DNA of 64,000 bases, from positions 145,547 to 209,546 of the forward strand of contig LBRL01000001.1 in NCBI GenBank assembly GCA_000991405.1. Reading direction: 5' to 3'. Below the pieces are notes generated by a model, which saw nothing but the letters and a program-made list of their open reading frames with translations, was not told the origin of the DNA and made no database searches. Shown one piece after another: positions 50,970-59,534 of the stretch; within the stretch, counting starts at the first letter, position 1, and each line of letters opens with the position of its first letter. The translations under genes were made by a program, and so were the position numbers. This DNA is from Candidatus Nomurabacteria bacterium GW2011_GWD2_36_14 (lineage in GTDB: Bacteria; Patescibacteriota; Minisyncoccia; Phycocordibacterales; UBA9973).

Positions 50970-51992
50970 TTAGGCTAAATACTTCTCGATAAGTTCGTTG
51001 GCTTCTATCGGATTGGATTTACATTCTAGAAGTGCAGTAAGCATGAGTGGGGCAACAATAGTAGCATCGGACTCCACGACGAACATTGGAGTATCTTTGG
51101 TAAGCTTGTCCCAAGTAATCTTCTCATTTGGAGTGGCACCTGAGTACGAACCATAAGAAGTAGTAGAGTCTGAGATCTGACAGAAGTAGGCCCAAGGCTT
51201 TACTTCTTTCTGTAAGTCGTACTTTATTGAAGGAACTACGCAAATAGGAAAGTCTCCTGAGATACCTCCTCCAATCTGAAAGAATCCTACCCCTTCACCT
51301 TTCGAAAGTTCCTGATACTGATCGTAGAATGCCACCATATATTCTATACCCGACTTTACTATGTTAGGACTACATTCCTCGCTCTTCACATATGAAGCAA
51401 AAATGTTGCCAAAAGTTGAATCTTCGTGTCCTGGGACAACTATAGGAATGTTGTTCTCAGCAGCCGCTAGGAGCCAGCACTCTTCAGCCTTGCCTTCGTG
51501 CAATTCTTTGTCAATTCCTTTTATCAAATCATAGAAATACTCATGCCAGAATTTACGAGTGCCATTGGCAGTGTATTCCTTCCAGATAGGTACAATCTTC
51601 TTCTCGACAACACGGAAGGCTTCGTCCTCGGGGATACTTGTATCGGTCACACGACGCATACGATCCTGTAGTATCTTGGTATCATCTTCTTTTGTAAAGT
51701 AACGATAGTCAGGGAAATCTTTGTAACTATGGTGAGCAACGAGACGGAAAAGTGATTCCTCCAAGTTGGCCCCTGTCACAGACATACCAGATATAAGTCC
51801 AGCACGAATAGCTGGAGCTAAGGTAATGCCCATTTGAGCCGAAGACATAGCACCTCCGACAGCCCAGAACATTTTGCCTCCTTTCTCAATATGTCGCCAA
51901 TAAGCAATAGTGGCATTCTTGGTAGCACGAGAATTGAAGTTCTTATAATTCTTTAAAATAAATTCTAATGTAGGTAAATTTGTATTTTGCAT
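50970..51992 (-). CDS. Deoxyhypusine synthase-like protein (probable homospermidine synthase)
   Basis: TGANLEE, DSTFG, QIGGG, SYSGATPNEKITWDK, ESDATIVAPL; polyamine gene context. Confidence 0.85.
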   Translation of the reverse strand: MQNTNLPTLEFILKNYKNFNSRATKNATIAYWRHIEKGGKMFWAVGGAMSSAQMGITLAPAIRAGLISGMSVTGANLEESLFRLVAHHSYKDFPDYRYFTKEDDTKILQDRMRRVTDTSIPEDEAFRVVEKKIVPIWKEYTANGTRKFWHEYFYDLIKGIDKELHEGKAEECWLLAAAENNIPIVVPGHEDSTFGNIFASYVKSEECSPNIVKSGIEYMVAFYDQYQELSKGEGVGFFQIGGGISGDFPICVVPSIKYDLQKEVKPWAYFCQISDSTTSYGSYSGATPNEKITWDKLTKDTPMFVVESDATIVAPLMLTALLECKSNPIEANELIEKYLA

Positions 51993-52031
51993 ATTTTTAA
52001 TTCTTAATTATTAATTCTTAATTAAATTATA

Positions 52032-53417
52032 CTACCATCCGAAATTTTTCCCAATATCTTCTGGGGATTCATGCTTACGAGCAACTACTATATGCCCATT
52101 TTCAGCTACTATTTTCATAGGGGAAGAAAGCATACAGTGCTGAGCAGCGAGCGAAGTCTGATAAGCTCCAGTATCGTAGACTACTATGTACATAGGCTCT
52201 CCATCGCCATTGTTGGAATTGTAATCTGGAAGTGTAACTGACCCATCAACTCCAGTATATATATCGTCGGAGTCACAAGAAGAACCAGCTAGCCATACAT
52301 CTGTAAGTTCTCCGTCTCTTTTGTTGTTCACAGGAGAAATAGCCCACTTCTGACCTATAGACCAAGTATCAAGCAGATCGTTCATGAAGCTTCCATCGAT
52401 AACATACCACTTCTTTGCGGGACTCTTTTTATTTGAAATTCTCTTCGTGTCAATAACTTTAAATACTGAAATCTGTGCTGGTGCCACTATGTAGCGACCC
52501 CATTCGCAAACCAAGTTTGGATGTGGAAGTTCCCTCTTCTCTGATTCTTTCTTTATAAGTTCAAGAATTTTTTCCATTAATTTATCTACTGGGTAACCTT
52601 TCGTCCTCATATAAGGTATTGGCATACCTCCACCAATATCGAGAGTATCAAGGGATGGATTCTTCTCTTTAAGTTTAAAGAAGACATCAAGAGCATACTT
52701 TATAGGGCCAAGTACATCAGATAATTTTTCAATTTGTGAACCGATGTGATAGTGAAGAATTTTCAAATTCTTAAATGAACCCATTTCCAGAATTTCTTTT
52801 GCAGAAAATCCAAAACGATCTATTGGCTTATTCCAATAAGAGCTTGCTTTGATAGGCATATCTAAACGAATCCCAACATCAAATTTAGAATATTGTAAAA
52901 ATTTAAGTTCATTGGGCCCTTCAATAAGTGGAAAGATTTTAACACCTTTATGTTGAAGATCATCGATAAGATTTATATAATTGTCAGTCTTAGGTCCTGA
53001 GCAAAGAATACGAATGTTTGGATTGAAAGTTTCTTGTTCGAGCATTTTCTTCACAAGCCAAAGTTCGTTATATGAAGAAGTCTCAAGATGTGCACCCTCA
53101 CCAACGATAGACATCACTATCTCCTTACTCTGGTTCACCTTCATAGGATAATGATAGAAGAATTTACCTTTATAACCCACTTTCTTCGAAAGTGCAGCTG
53201 TAAGGTCTAGGAAGTCTTCAAGCCTTTCCTCAATGACAAAAGGCATCAGTATCTCTAATGATGTTCCGAACTTTTCTGCTAAATATTTAACATTGTATAT
53301 ATTGTGGCCTTCCTTTATGATTAAATCTCCTTCTTTATTAAAATCAAAGTATTGAGTGTTGAAATCATTTATACCGAGCTTCCATAACTTTTTGGAAGCA
53401 ATTGAACGTTTTGTCAT
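52032..53417 (-). CDS. speA: Arginine decarboxylase, alanine-racemase fold (short form)
   Basis: YPMKVNQ PLP lysine, LHYHIGSQI, LDIGGG, EWGR, SCDSDD, GAYQ; clustered with aguA/aguB. Confidence 0.8.
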   Translation of the reverse strand: MTKRSIASKKLWKLGINDFNTQYFDFNKEGDLIIKEGHNIYNVKYLAEKFGTSLEILMPFVIEERLEDFLDLTAALSKKVGYKGKFFYHYPMKVNQSKEIVMSIVGEGAHLETSSYNELWLVKKMLEQETFNPNIRILCSGPKTDNYINLIDDLQHKGVKIFPLIEGPNELKFLQYSKFDVGIRLDMPIKASSYWNKPIDRFGFSAKEILEMGSFKNLKILHYHIGSQIEKLSDVLGPIKYALDVFFKLKEKNPSLDTLDIGGGMPIPYMRTKGYPVDKLMEKILELIKKESEKRELPHPNLVCEWGRYIVAPAQISVFKVIDTKRISNKKSPAKKWYVIDGSFMNDLLDTWSIGQKWAISPVNNKRDGELTDVWLAGSSCDSDDIYTGVDGSVTLPDYNSNNGDGEPMYIVVYDTGAYQTSLAAQHCMLSSPMKIVAENGHIVVARKHESPEDIGKNFGW

Positions 53418-53423
53418 TTCATT

Positions 53424-53480
53424 TTACCAAACCATCTGCACCTCAAAACTTCTCTTGGTACTTAGGCCTGTAATAAACAT
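53424..53480 (-). CDS. Putative upstream leader peptide of the polyamine operon
   Basis: MFITGLSTKRSFEVQMVW; starts 8 nt after TGnTATATT and stops 6 nt before speA. Confidence 0.4.
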   Translation of the reverse strand: MFITGLSTKRSFEVQMVW

Positions 53481-53525
53481 AATAATAGAATATATCATAA
53501 CAAAATGAACGAATTTGTAAAGAAA

Positions 53526-53556
53526 AACCAGATAGGGGTTGAGCCCCTATCTGGTT
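53526..53556. terminator. Terminator hairpin after dnaJ
   Basis: AACCAGATAGGGG-ttgag-CCCCTATCTGGTT. Confidence 0.75.
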
Positions 53557-54643
53557 AGATTCCATCTTCTTTTAGTTTTTCAATAGACTCTTTTGCTTTA
53601 CGGGAAAGTTTGGATGGCATAGTGACGTGAATACGGATGATGGTATCGCCTTTACCGTGAGTAGTCGGCACACCTTTGCCTTTGACTCGAAGCATCTCGC
53701 CGTTGTTTATGCCTTCGGGAATTTTGACTTCCATGTTTTTACCATCCAAAGTTTTTAAATCATAATTCATTCCCAGAAGTGCATCCGTGAGCTTTATGTT
53801 CAAATCCATCATCAAGTTCTGCCCTTCACGAGTATACACAGGGTGCGACTTCACATTGAGCTTCACGTACAAATCTCCGGCTTCTCCTCCTTGTATAGCT
53901 TCGCCTCTCCCACGTACACGAAGAGTCTCAGCATTATTTATACCAGATGGAATATTTAGACTTATCTCTTCATCTTTCCTTACTACGCCAGTACCCTTAC
54001 AGTTACTACACTTTTCAGAAGGAACTTTCCCTTTTCCAAAACAAGTCTCGCAAGTTTTCGTAGTTGCAAAGTTGCCAAGTATAGAACGGCGAACCTCTCG
54101 TACTTGTCCTTGCCCATCGCAAGTACTACAAGTATTCATTTTAGTACCAACTTTCGCCCCTGTACCAGTACAAATATTACAGACTGATTGTTTATTTATT
54201 TTTATATTTTTATCTACACCAAAGATAGCTTCTTCGAAAGACAAATTTACTTCTGTTTGTATGTCTCTGCCTTTCTTAACTTTTTGACTACGCCCCATAC
54301 CCCCACCAAAAAAGTCTCCAAAGATGTCTCCCAAGTTACCCATATCAAACTCTACTCCACCATTTTGCCCGGTGAAGTCGAATCCTCCGAAGCCTCCCTG
54401 CCCTCCGAATCCTCCACCACCAAAACCCTGAGGACCGTCGGCGTTGCCAAATTGATCGAAAGAGGCTCTCTTCTTGTCATCCGAAAGGACTTGATACGCT
54501 TCATTTATTTCTTTAAATTTTTTATCATCTCCTTTATTTTTATCTGGATGATGAGCATGAGCCAGCTTATGGAAAGCTTTCTTTATTTCTTCCTTGGAAG
54601 CATTTTTATTTACTCCTAATGTTTTGTAATAATCTTTGGGCAT
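53555..54643 (-). CDS. dnaJ: Chaperone DnaJ
   Basis: J-domain HPD, G/F region, four CxxCxGxG repeats. Confidence 0.98.
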   Translation of the reverse strand: MPKDYYKTLGVNKNASKEEIKKAFHKLAHAHHPDKNKGDDKKFKEINEAYQVLSDDKKRASFDQFGNADGPQGFGGGGFGGQGGFGGFDFTGQNGGVEFDMGNLGDIFGDFFGGGMGRSQKVKKGRDIQTEVNLSFEEAIFGVDKNIKINKQSVCNICTGTGAKVGTKMNTCSTCDGQGQVREVRRSILGNFATTKTCETCFGKGKVPSEKCSNCKGTGVVRKDEEISLNIPSGINNAETLRVRGRGEAIQGGEAGDLYVKLNVKSHPVYTREGQNLMMDLNIKLTDALLGMNYDLKTLDGKNMEVKIPEGINNGEMLRVKGKGVPTTHGKGDTIIRIHVTMPSKLSRKAKESIEKLKEDGI

Positions 54644-54679
54644 AGTTTATATATTAGCATAAAATTAAATGAGAACTAT

Positions 54680-54823
54680 TTTTATCCAGCCTAAATGCGA
54701 ATTCTCAAATAGTCTCTGAAAAATGCCTTTCGCAGACCGACGGGGCGAGAAGAGCAAAATCTCAGCAGAGATTTATGTGTGCATTTTGAAGAGAGCTATT
54801 TGAGAAGAAGCATCGGAATAAAA
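54680..54823 (+). repeat. Structured dispersed repeat family 2, copy A
   Basis: AAATAGTCTCTGAA...CGACGG...GAGCAAA-ATCTC-AGCA-GAGAT-TTATGTG...GAAGAGAGCTATTT; homologous to the reverse complement of 57481..57599. Confidence 0.8.
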
Positions 54824-56716
54824 TTATTTCTGTTCTGGATTCTCGTTTACCTCTGCGTCCTTTATTTCAGGACCTTGCTCTTCTGGAGGTTTGGCTTCCT
54901 CTTTAGGAGCTTCGTTCGCCTTGCTCATGGCTTCGCCAATTTTCGACATTTCATTTGAAAGTTCTTCTGTTGCTTTCTTTATAGCTTCCATGTCGTTGCC
55001 TTCTTTTGCAGTTTTTAACGCAGTTATTTTATTTTCAATTTCTGTTTTTATCTCTGGAGTAATTTTATCGCCGTACTCTTTGACAGACTTCTCTGCTGTG
55101 AAGATCATCATTTCAGCTGTATTTTTATGATCAGCTAATTCTTTCTTCTTGGCATCTTCTTCGGCGTGAGCTTCGGCTTCATCACGCATCTTCTTGATAT
55201 CTGCTTCTGTAAGTCCTGATGAAGCTTCAATACGAATAGACTGTACTTTGCCCGAAGCTTTATCCATAGCTTTTACATTTAAGATTCCATTGGCATCTAC
55301 ATCGAAAGTAACTTCCACTTGAGGAATACCGCGTGGTGAAGGTGGAATACCATCTAAGATGAATCTACCAAGAGACTTGTTGTCGCTTGCCATAGGACGC
55401 TCACCTTGAGTGATGTGTATTTCTACACTTGTCTGATTGTCGGCAGCAGTTGAGAATATCTGTGACTTTGATGAAGGTATGGTTGTGTTGCGTTCTACAA
55501 GCTTGGTAGCAACCCCTCCAAGAGTTTCAATACCAAGAGATAGCGGAATGACATCAAGGAGAAGTACATCGCGTACGTCGCCTTGTAGGACTCCAGCTTG
55601 GACAGCAGCACCGAGAGCTACAACTTCATCTGGGTTAATAGAACGATTTGGTTCCTTGTTAAATAACTTTTTAACTTCTTCGACAATTTTAGGCATTCTT
55701 GTCTGTCCTCCAACTAAGATGATTTCATTGATCTCATTCATTTTAAATGGAGAAGCTTCTACTGCTCTTTTTGTAATTTCAATAGAGCGAGTGACGTACT
55801 CTTCTGCAAGAGACTCAAGTACTGCACGAGACATCTTCAAAAGTAAATGCTTGGGACCAGAAGCATCTGAAGTGATAAATGGAATATTAATTTCTGAATC
55901 TGTTGTTGTTGAAAGTTCATGTTTTGTCTTCTCAGCAGCCTCCTTTAGACGTTGAAGTGCAAGGACATCCTTAGTAACGTCAATACCTGACTCCTTCTTG
56001 TATTCATCGGCAATCCACTTCACAATCTTCTGGTCGATATCTTCACCTCCCATGTGCGAGTCGCCGTCTGTAGATTTCACTTCGATAACATCATCACCAA
56101 CTTCTAGAACTGACACGTCGAACGTTCCTCCTCCAAAGTCGTAAACAACTATCTTCTCATTCTTCTTTGTATTGAATCCATAAGCAAGAGCGGCCGCAGT
56201 AGGTTCATTGATAATACGCTTTACATCAAGTCCTGCAATGATTCCGGCATCCTTTGTTGCTTTTCTTTGAGCATCGTTGAAATATGCAGGTACTGTAATG
56301 ACTGCTTCGGTAATCTTCTCGCCGAGTTTTGCTTCTACATCTGCCTTAATCTTACTTAAAATCATTGCAGAAATTTCTTCTGGGCGTAGCCAACTATCTC
56401 CAATCTTTGTTTCTACTCCACCTGTACTTCCTTTCTGAATTTTATAAGGAATAGTCTTCTCATCTTTTTGTATTTCTGGATCATCGTACATGTGACCGAT
56501 GAATCTCTTAATACCGTAAACAGTATTTTCGGGATTTGTCACTGCCTGACGCTTCGCTAGAAGACCCACCATACGATCACCATTCTTGGTAATTGCTACT
56601 ACAGAAGGAGTTGTACGTGCACCCTCAATATTCTCAATAATTTTTGGTTGACCACCTTCAATGATAGCTACTGCACTATTTGTTGTACCCAAATCGATAC
56701 CTATAATTTTACTCAT
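54824..56716 (-). CDS. dnaK: Chaperone DnaK
   Basis: [38 protein letters not shown]. Confidence 0.99.
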   Translation of the reverse strand: MSKIIGIDLGTTNSAVAIIEGGQPKIIENIEGARTTPSVVAITKNGDRMVGLLAKRQAVTNPENTVYGIKRFIGHMYDDPEIQKDEKTIPYKIQKGSTGGVETKIGDSWLRPEEISAMILSKIKADVEAKLGEKITEAVITVPAYFNDAQRKATKDAGIIAGLDVKRIINEPTAAALAYGFNTKKNEKIVVYDFGGGTFDVSVLEVGDDVIEVKSTDGDSHMGGEDIDQKIVKWIADEYKKESGIDVTKDVLALQRLKEAAEKTKHELSTTTDSEINIPFITSDASGPKHLLLKMSRAVLESLAEEYVTRSIEITKRAVEASPFKMNEINEIILVGGQTRMPKIVEEVKKLFNKEPNRSINPDEVVALGAAVQAGVLQGDVRDVLLLDVIPLSLGIETLGGVATKLVERNTTIPSSKSQIFSTAADNQTSVEIHITQGERPMASDNKSLGRFILDGIPPSPRGIPQVEVTFDVDANGILNVKAMDKASGKVQSIRIEASSGLTEADIKKMRDEAEAHAEEDAKKKELADHKNTAEMMIFTAEKSVKEYGDKITPEIKTEIENKITALKTAKEGNDMEAIKKATEELSNEMSKIGEAMSKANEAPKEEAKPPEEQGPEIKDAEVNENPEQK

Positions 56717-56745
56717 ATGTTTTTTATAATTAATTAATAATAATT

Positions 56746-56833
56746 TTAACGTAGCAGAGATATTAAAATTTTTATCAGCGTCGGAGCCCTTTAGGGTAAA
56801 GCTGTGAAAATTTTAATATTTCTGCGAAGTTAA
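56746..56833 (+). repeat. Structured dispersed repeat family 1, copy 3
   Basis: Same 23-nt core (56780..56802) within arms GCAGAGATATTAAAATTTT / AAAATTTTAATATTTCTGC; lies in the predicted dnaK leader. Confidence 0.85.
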
Positions 56834-56857
56834 TTTATACTTTTAAACACTCTTCTT

Positions 56858-56939
56858 ATTATATACTAACTTTAATTTTTGACAAGTATTTAGCGACCGC
56901 TAAATACTTGTTGAATATTATATACACATATGATATACT
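56858..56939. promoter_or_regulatory. Divergent promoters with central 14-bp palindrome
   Basis: Minus: TTGTCA-16-TATAAT (56885..56858). Plus: TTGAAT-17-TATACT (56911..56939). ACAAGTATTTAGCG-ac-CGCTAAATACTTGT at 56882..56911. Confidence 0.7.
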
Positions 56940-56948
56940 GTCAATACC

Positions 56949-57473
56949 ATGAAAAAGCGTGATTTTTCAAAGAAAATTATAAAAATCCTATCCGAAAGAC
57001 CTGCTGTTTCTGTGCCAGAATTGGAGGAGAGGATTGTATTGAATAAAGATAGTCAATACGCTCTAAATCGCTCCATAAAGGGTCTAAAGGACGCAGGATT
57101 GATAGAAAGTATATACTCAGGTCAAAACCAATATACAAAGCTCACAAAAGAAGGTAAAAAACGAGCAAATAGTTTAAAACTTGAATGTGAGAATACTCTT
57201 ATTAGCAACACCTGGGACGGATTTTGGAGAATAATTCTGCTTGATATGCCTGAGGATAGAAAAAGTGAACGGGAAGCACTTCGCTACTTACTCAAGAAAG
57301 CAGGCTTCGCCTGCTTAAAGAACTCTGTCTGGATATCTATGTACCCTTTCGAACATCTATTCACAAATATAAAAAAGGATTTAAATTTATCTACTGAACT
57401 TATAATTATAGTCACTGACAAAATCGACAAAGAAACAGAAAAAGAATTCTTTAGCTTATGCCAAAAGGTGTGA
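56949..57473 (+). CDS. PaaX-like transcriptional regulator (wHTH plus Cas2-like domain)
   Basis: wHTH ending KLTKEG, then WDGFWRIILLDMPE..R..LR..L...GF..L..SVW. Confidence 0.8.
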   Translation: MKKRDFSKKIIKILSERPAVSVPELEERIVLNKDSQYALNRSIKGLKDAGLIESIYSGQNQYTKLTKEGKKRANSLKLECENTLISNTWDGFWRIILLDMPEDRKSEREALRYLLKKAGFACLKNSVWISMYPFEHLFTNIKKDLNLSTELIIIVTDKIDKETEKEFFSLCQKV

Positions 57474-57480
57474 ACCTTAA

Positions 57481-57599
57481 GGTCTTGCATAAAATAGCTC
57501 TCCTCGAAGGGTCCGCATAATTTCTTGCTAGAAATTTGCTCATTGCTCGGTCCGTCGACCTCCGCCGGCCCCTTCTCAGAGACTATTTTATTACAGACC
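57481..57599 (-). repeat. Structured dispersed repeat family 2, copy B
   Basis: Reverse complement AAATAGTCTCTGAG...GGTCGACGGACC...GAGCAAA-TTTCT-AGCA-AGAAA-TTATGCG...GAGGAGAGCTATTT. Confidence 0.8.
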
Positions 57600-57602
57600 A
57601 AC

Positions 57603-58289
57603 CTATTTCTTATATTCGTAAATAGTTACTTTCGCTGGGCGGATGACGCGCTCACCAATTTTGTAACCCACTTGTAAGACTTTCTCTACAGTGTGATCTT
57701 TCTTTTCATCATCAGTATTTACAATACTTATAGACTGATGAATACTGGGATCGAAAGGCACTTCTATCTTATCTATCTTTTCAATGCCAGATTTTTCTAA
57801 GCCAGAAAGAAGTTGCTGGTAGATAGAAGTGATGCCATCTTGCCAATCTTTGTCTATTTTCTCCCAATGTTCTTTATTTGAAAATGCCATTTCGAAGCTA
57901 TCAAGAGCCGGAAGCAACTTCTCTACCATTTTTTCTTTAGTTAAAATAGATATATTCGTACGGGCTAGATCAAGCTCTTTCTGCAAGTTCACATAGTCAG
58001 CCTTGGCTCTCTGCCAACCAGTCAAATACTCCTCCTTTTCTTGGCGACAAACTTTCAAATCTTCACGAATTTTCTTAGTCACATCTTTAGATGATAAGTC
58101 TTCTCCATCTTCTGTAGTTTCTACATAAGTCATTTCTGGTTCACCATGTATACCATTGGCTGTGGCAAAGGGTTCATAATGATCTGTTATAGACTTCTCA
58201 TCTGGGACGATAAGAGGCACTTCTTTGGAATTATTAACCTGGTCTTCTATAGGAGCACCTTCACTATATATTATTTCTTCATCTTTCAT
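57603..58289 (-). CDS. grpE: Nucleotide exchange factor GrpE
   Basis: WQRAKADYVN, LLPALDSF, FDPSIHQ, GYKIGERVIRPAKV. Confidence 0.96.
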   Translation of the reverse strand: MKDEEIIYSEGAPIEDQVNNSKEVPLIVPDEKSITDHYEPFATANGIHGEPEMTYVETTEDGEDLSSKDVTKKIREDLKVCRQEKEEYLTGWQRAKADYVNLQKELDLARTNISILTKEKMVEKLLPALDSFEMAFSNKEHWEKIDKDWQDGITSIYQQLLSGLEKSGIEKIDKIEVPFDPSIHQSISIVNTDDEKKDHTVEKVLQVGYKIGERVIRPAKVTIYEYKK

Positions 58290-58355
58290 GCTCTTATCTT
58301 ATACAAAAATACAAACTTTTTCAAGTTTGTATTTTTTAAAAATATCTTTAGTATT

Positions 58356-58781
58356 TTAACGTTTACTCCATTGTGGGGATTTGCGGGCCTTCTTAAGTCC
58401 GAATTTCTTTCTTTCAACAACACGCGGATCACGCTTGAGCATTTTAGCTTTCTTTAGACTAGAACGTAGTTCTGCATCATATAGAACCAATGCACGTGAG
58501 ATACCATGACGAACTGCTTCGGCTTGAGCATGCGAACCTCCACCCTTGGTAGTTGCTACTACTTCAAACTTCTCTGCTGGTGTTGCAGTTTCAAATGCAC
58601 CTGTAACTATCTTCTTTAATTCTGGGGTTGCAAAGTATTCTGTAAAATCTTTACCATTTACTTTATAAGTGGTCTTGGTGGCCTTATATAAACGTACCAC
58701 AGCTACAGCAGTCTTTCTGCGACCTATAGCTCTGAAATATTCTTTACCTTTCTCTTTTGTTGTTATTTTTTTCTCAGCCAT
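58356..58781 (-). CDS. rpsI: 30S ribosomal protein S9
   Basis: GRRKTAVA, RDPRVVERKKFGLKKARKSPQWSKR. Confidence 0.98.
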   Translation of the reverse strand: MAEKKITTKEKGKEYFRAIGRRKTAVAVVRLYKATKTTYKVNGKDFTEYFATPELKKIVTGAFETATPAEKFEVVATTKGGGSHAQAEAVRHGISRALVLYDAELRSSLKKAKMLKRDPRVVERKKFGLKKARKSPQWSKR

Positions 58782-58787
58782 AATATA

Positions 58788-59138
58788 TTATTCAGTTATT
58801 GTTAAACGTTTCATCATTAATGGTCTTAGTTTGTTTGATGGTAGCATTCCGTAGACTGCAAGTTCATAAAGCCCTATCCAACCCTTCTTCTCTATGATCT
58901 TGGCATTGGTCTTCTGCTTGAATCCTCCTGGCTGACCTGAGTAAGTCTCGTGAAGAGTTTCCTTGAGTCTCTTCTCTGTGACTTTCGTCTTGGATGCATT
59001 CTTGATATAAACGCGAACATCTGAAACTTTGTTTGCAACGTAGGAAGGATCTGTCTTGCCCATAAGAGCCTTGGCAGCTGCACTTGCTACGCGTCCCAAT
59101 ACTTTCCCAGTCGCATCTATTGTATGTACTTTAGTCAT
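58788..59138 (-). CDS. rplM: 50S ribosomal protein L13 (short)
   Basis: IDATGKVLGRVAS, YSGQPGG, AVYGMLP. Start moved to ATG 59138. Confidence 0.93.
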   Translation of the reverse strand: MTKVHTIDATGKVLGRVASAAAKALMGKTDPSYVANKVSDVRVYIKNASKTKVTEKRLKETLHETYSGQPGGFKQKTNAKIIEKKGWIGLYELAVYGMLPSNKLRPLMMKRLTITE

Positions 59139-59142
59139 AATA

Positions 59143-59499
59143 TTATATAAATTCAATTACTGCCATCTTGCTTGCATCCCCACCAGCACGAGCTCCTAGC
59201 TTCGTGATGCGTGTGTAGCCTCCAGTACGACCCTTGTACTTTGGAGCAATGGTGTCAATTAATTTGGTTGCTTCTGCTGTCAATCCATATAAACGTGCAA
59301 TTACAAGTCTACGTGAGGCTAGAGTACCAACGTTGGCTTTCGTAATAAGCTTCTCAATCATAGGGCGAAGTTCCTTGGCTTTAGCTTCACTTGTTTCTAT
59401 ACGTTCATGAGCAATAAGTGCCAACATAAGACCTTTCATTAAGGCATGTCTCTGATTCTTATTTCTCCCAAATTTTCTTACATTATTTCCGTGTCTCAT
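59143..59499 (-). CDS. rplQ: 50S ribosomal protein L17
   Basis: MRHG, KAKELR, RTGGYTRITK. Confidence 0.98.
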   Translation of the reverse strand: MRHGNNVRKFGRNKNQRHALMKGLMLALIAHERIETSEAKAKELRPMIEKLITKANVGTLASRRLVIARLYGLTAEATKLIDTIAPKYKGRTGGYTRITKLGARAGGDASKMAVIEFI

Positions 59500-59534
59500 A
59501 TGTTAATTCTTAATTATTAATTCCTAATTCTTAA

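Noticed and set aside
54680-54823. Hammerhead ribozyme
   Set aside because: CTGA is present but the CUGANGA plus GAAA core is not matched in either copy.
9742-55955. Long antisense ORFs (e.g. 9742..10290, 43317..43889, 53787..54287, 55437..55955)
   Set aside because: Shadow frames opposite well-supported genes, expected from codon bias.
11349-56833. CRISPR array from the repeated 23-nt core
   Set aside because: Copies are 12 and 33 kb apart, not regularly spaced with unique spacers.
56882-56911. Canonical CIRCE element
   Set aside because: Only the TTAGC/GCTAA ends match; the ACTC-N9-GAGT interior and spacing are absent.
56949-57473. CRISPR-associated Cas2
   Set aside because: The Cas2-like fold is fused to a wHTH as in PaaX; no cas1, other cas genes or repeat-spacer array in the window.
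57284-57601. 105-aa minus-strand ORF
   Set aside because: Runs through repeat family 2 copy B and antisense to the PaaX-like gene; no protein-like features.
58100-58289. Repeat insertion in the long GrpE N-terminus
   Set aside because: GrpE N-termini are naturally variable and acidic; no convincing palindrome or second copy found.
58788-59138. rplM as a pseudogene
   Set aside because: Core motifs intact, no frameshift seen, normal position before rpsI; short form is consistent with a reduced genome.
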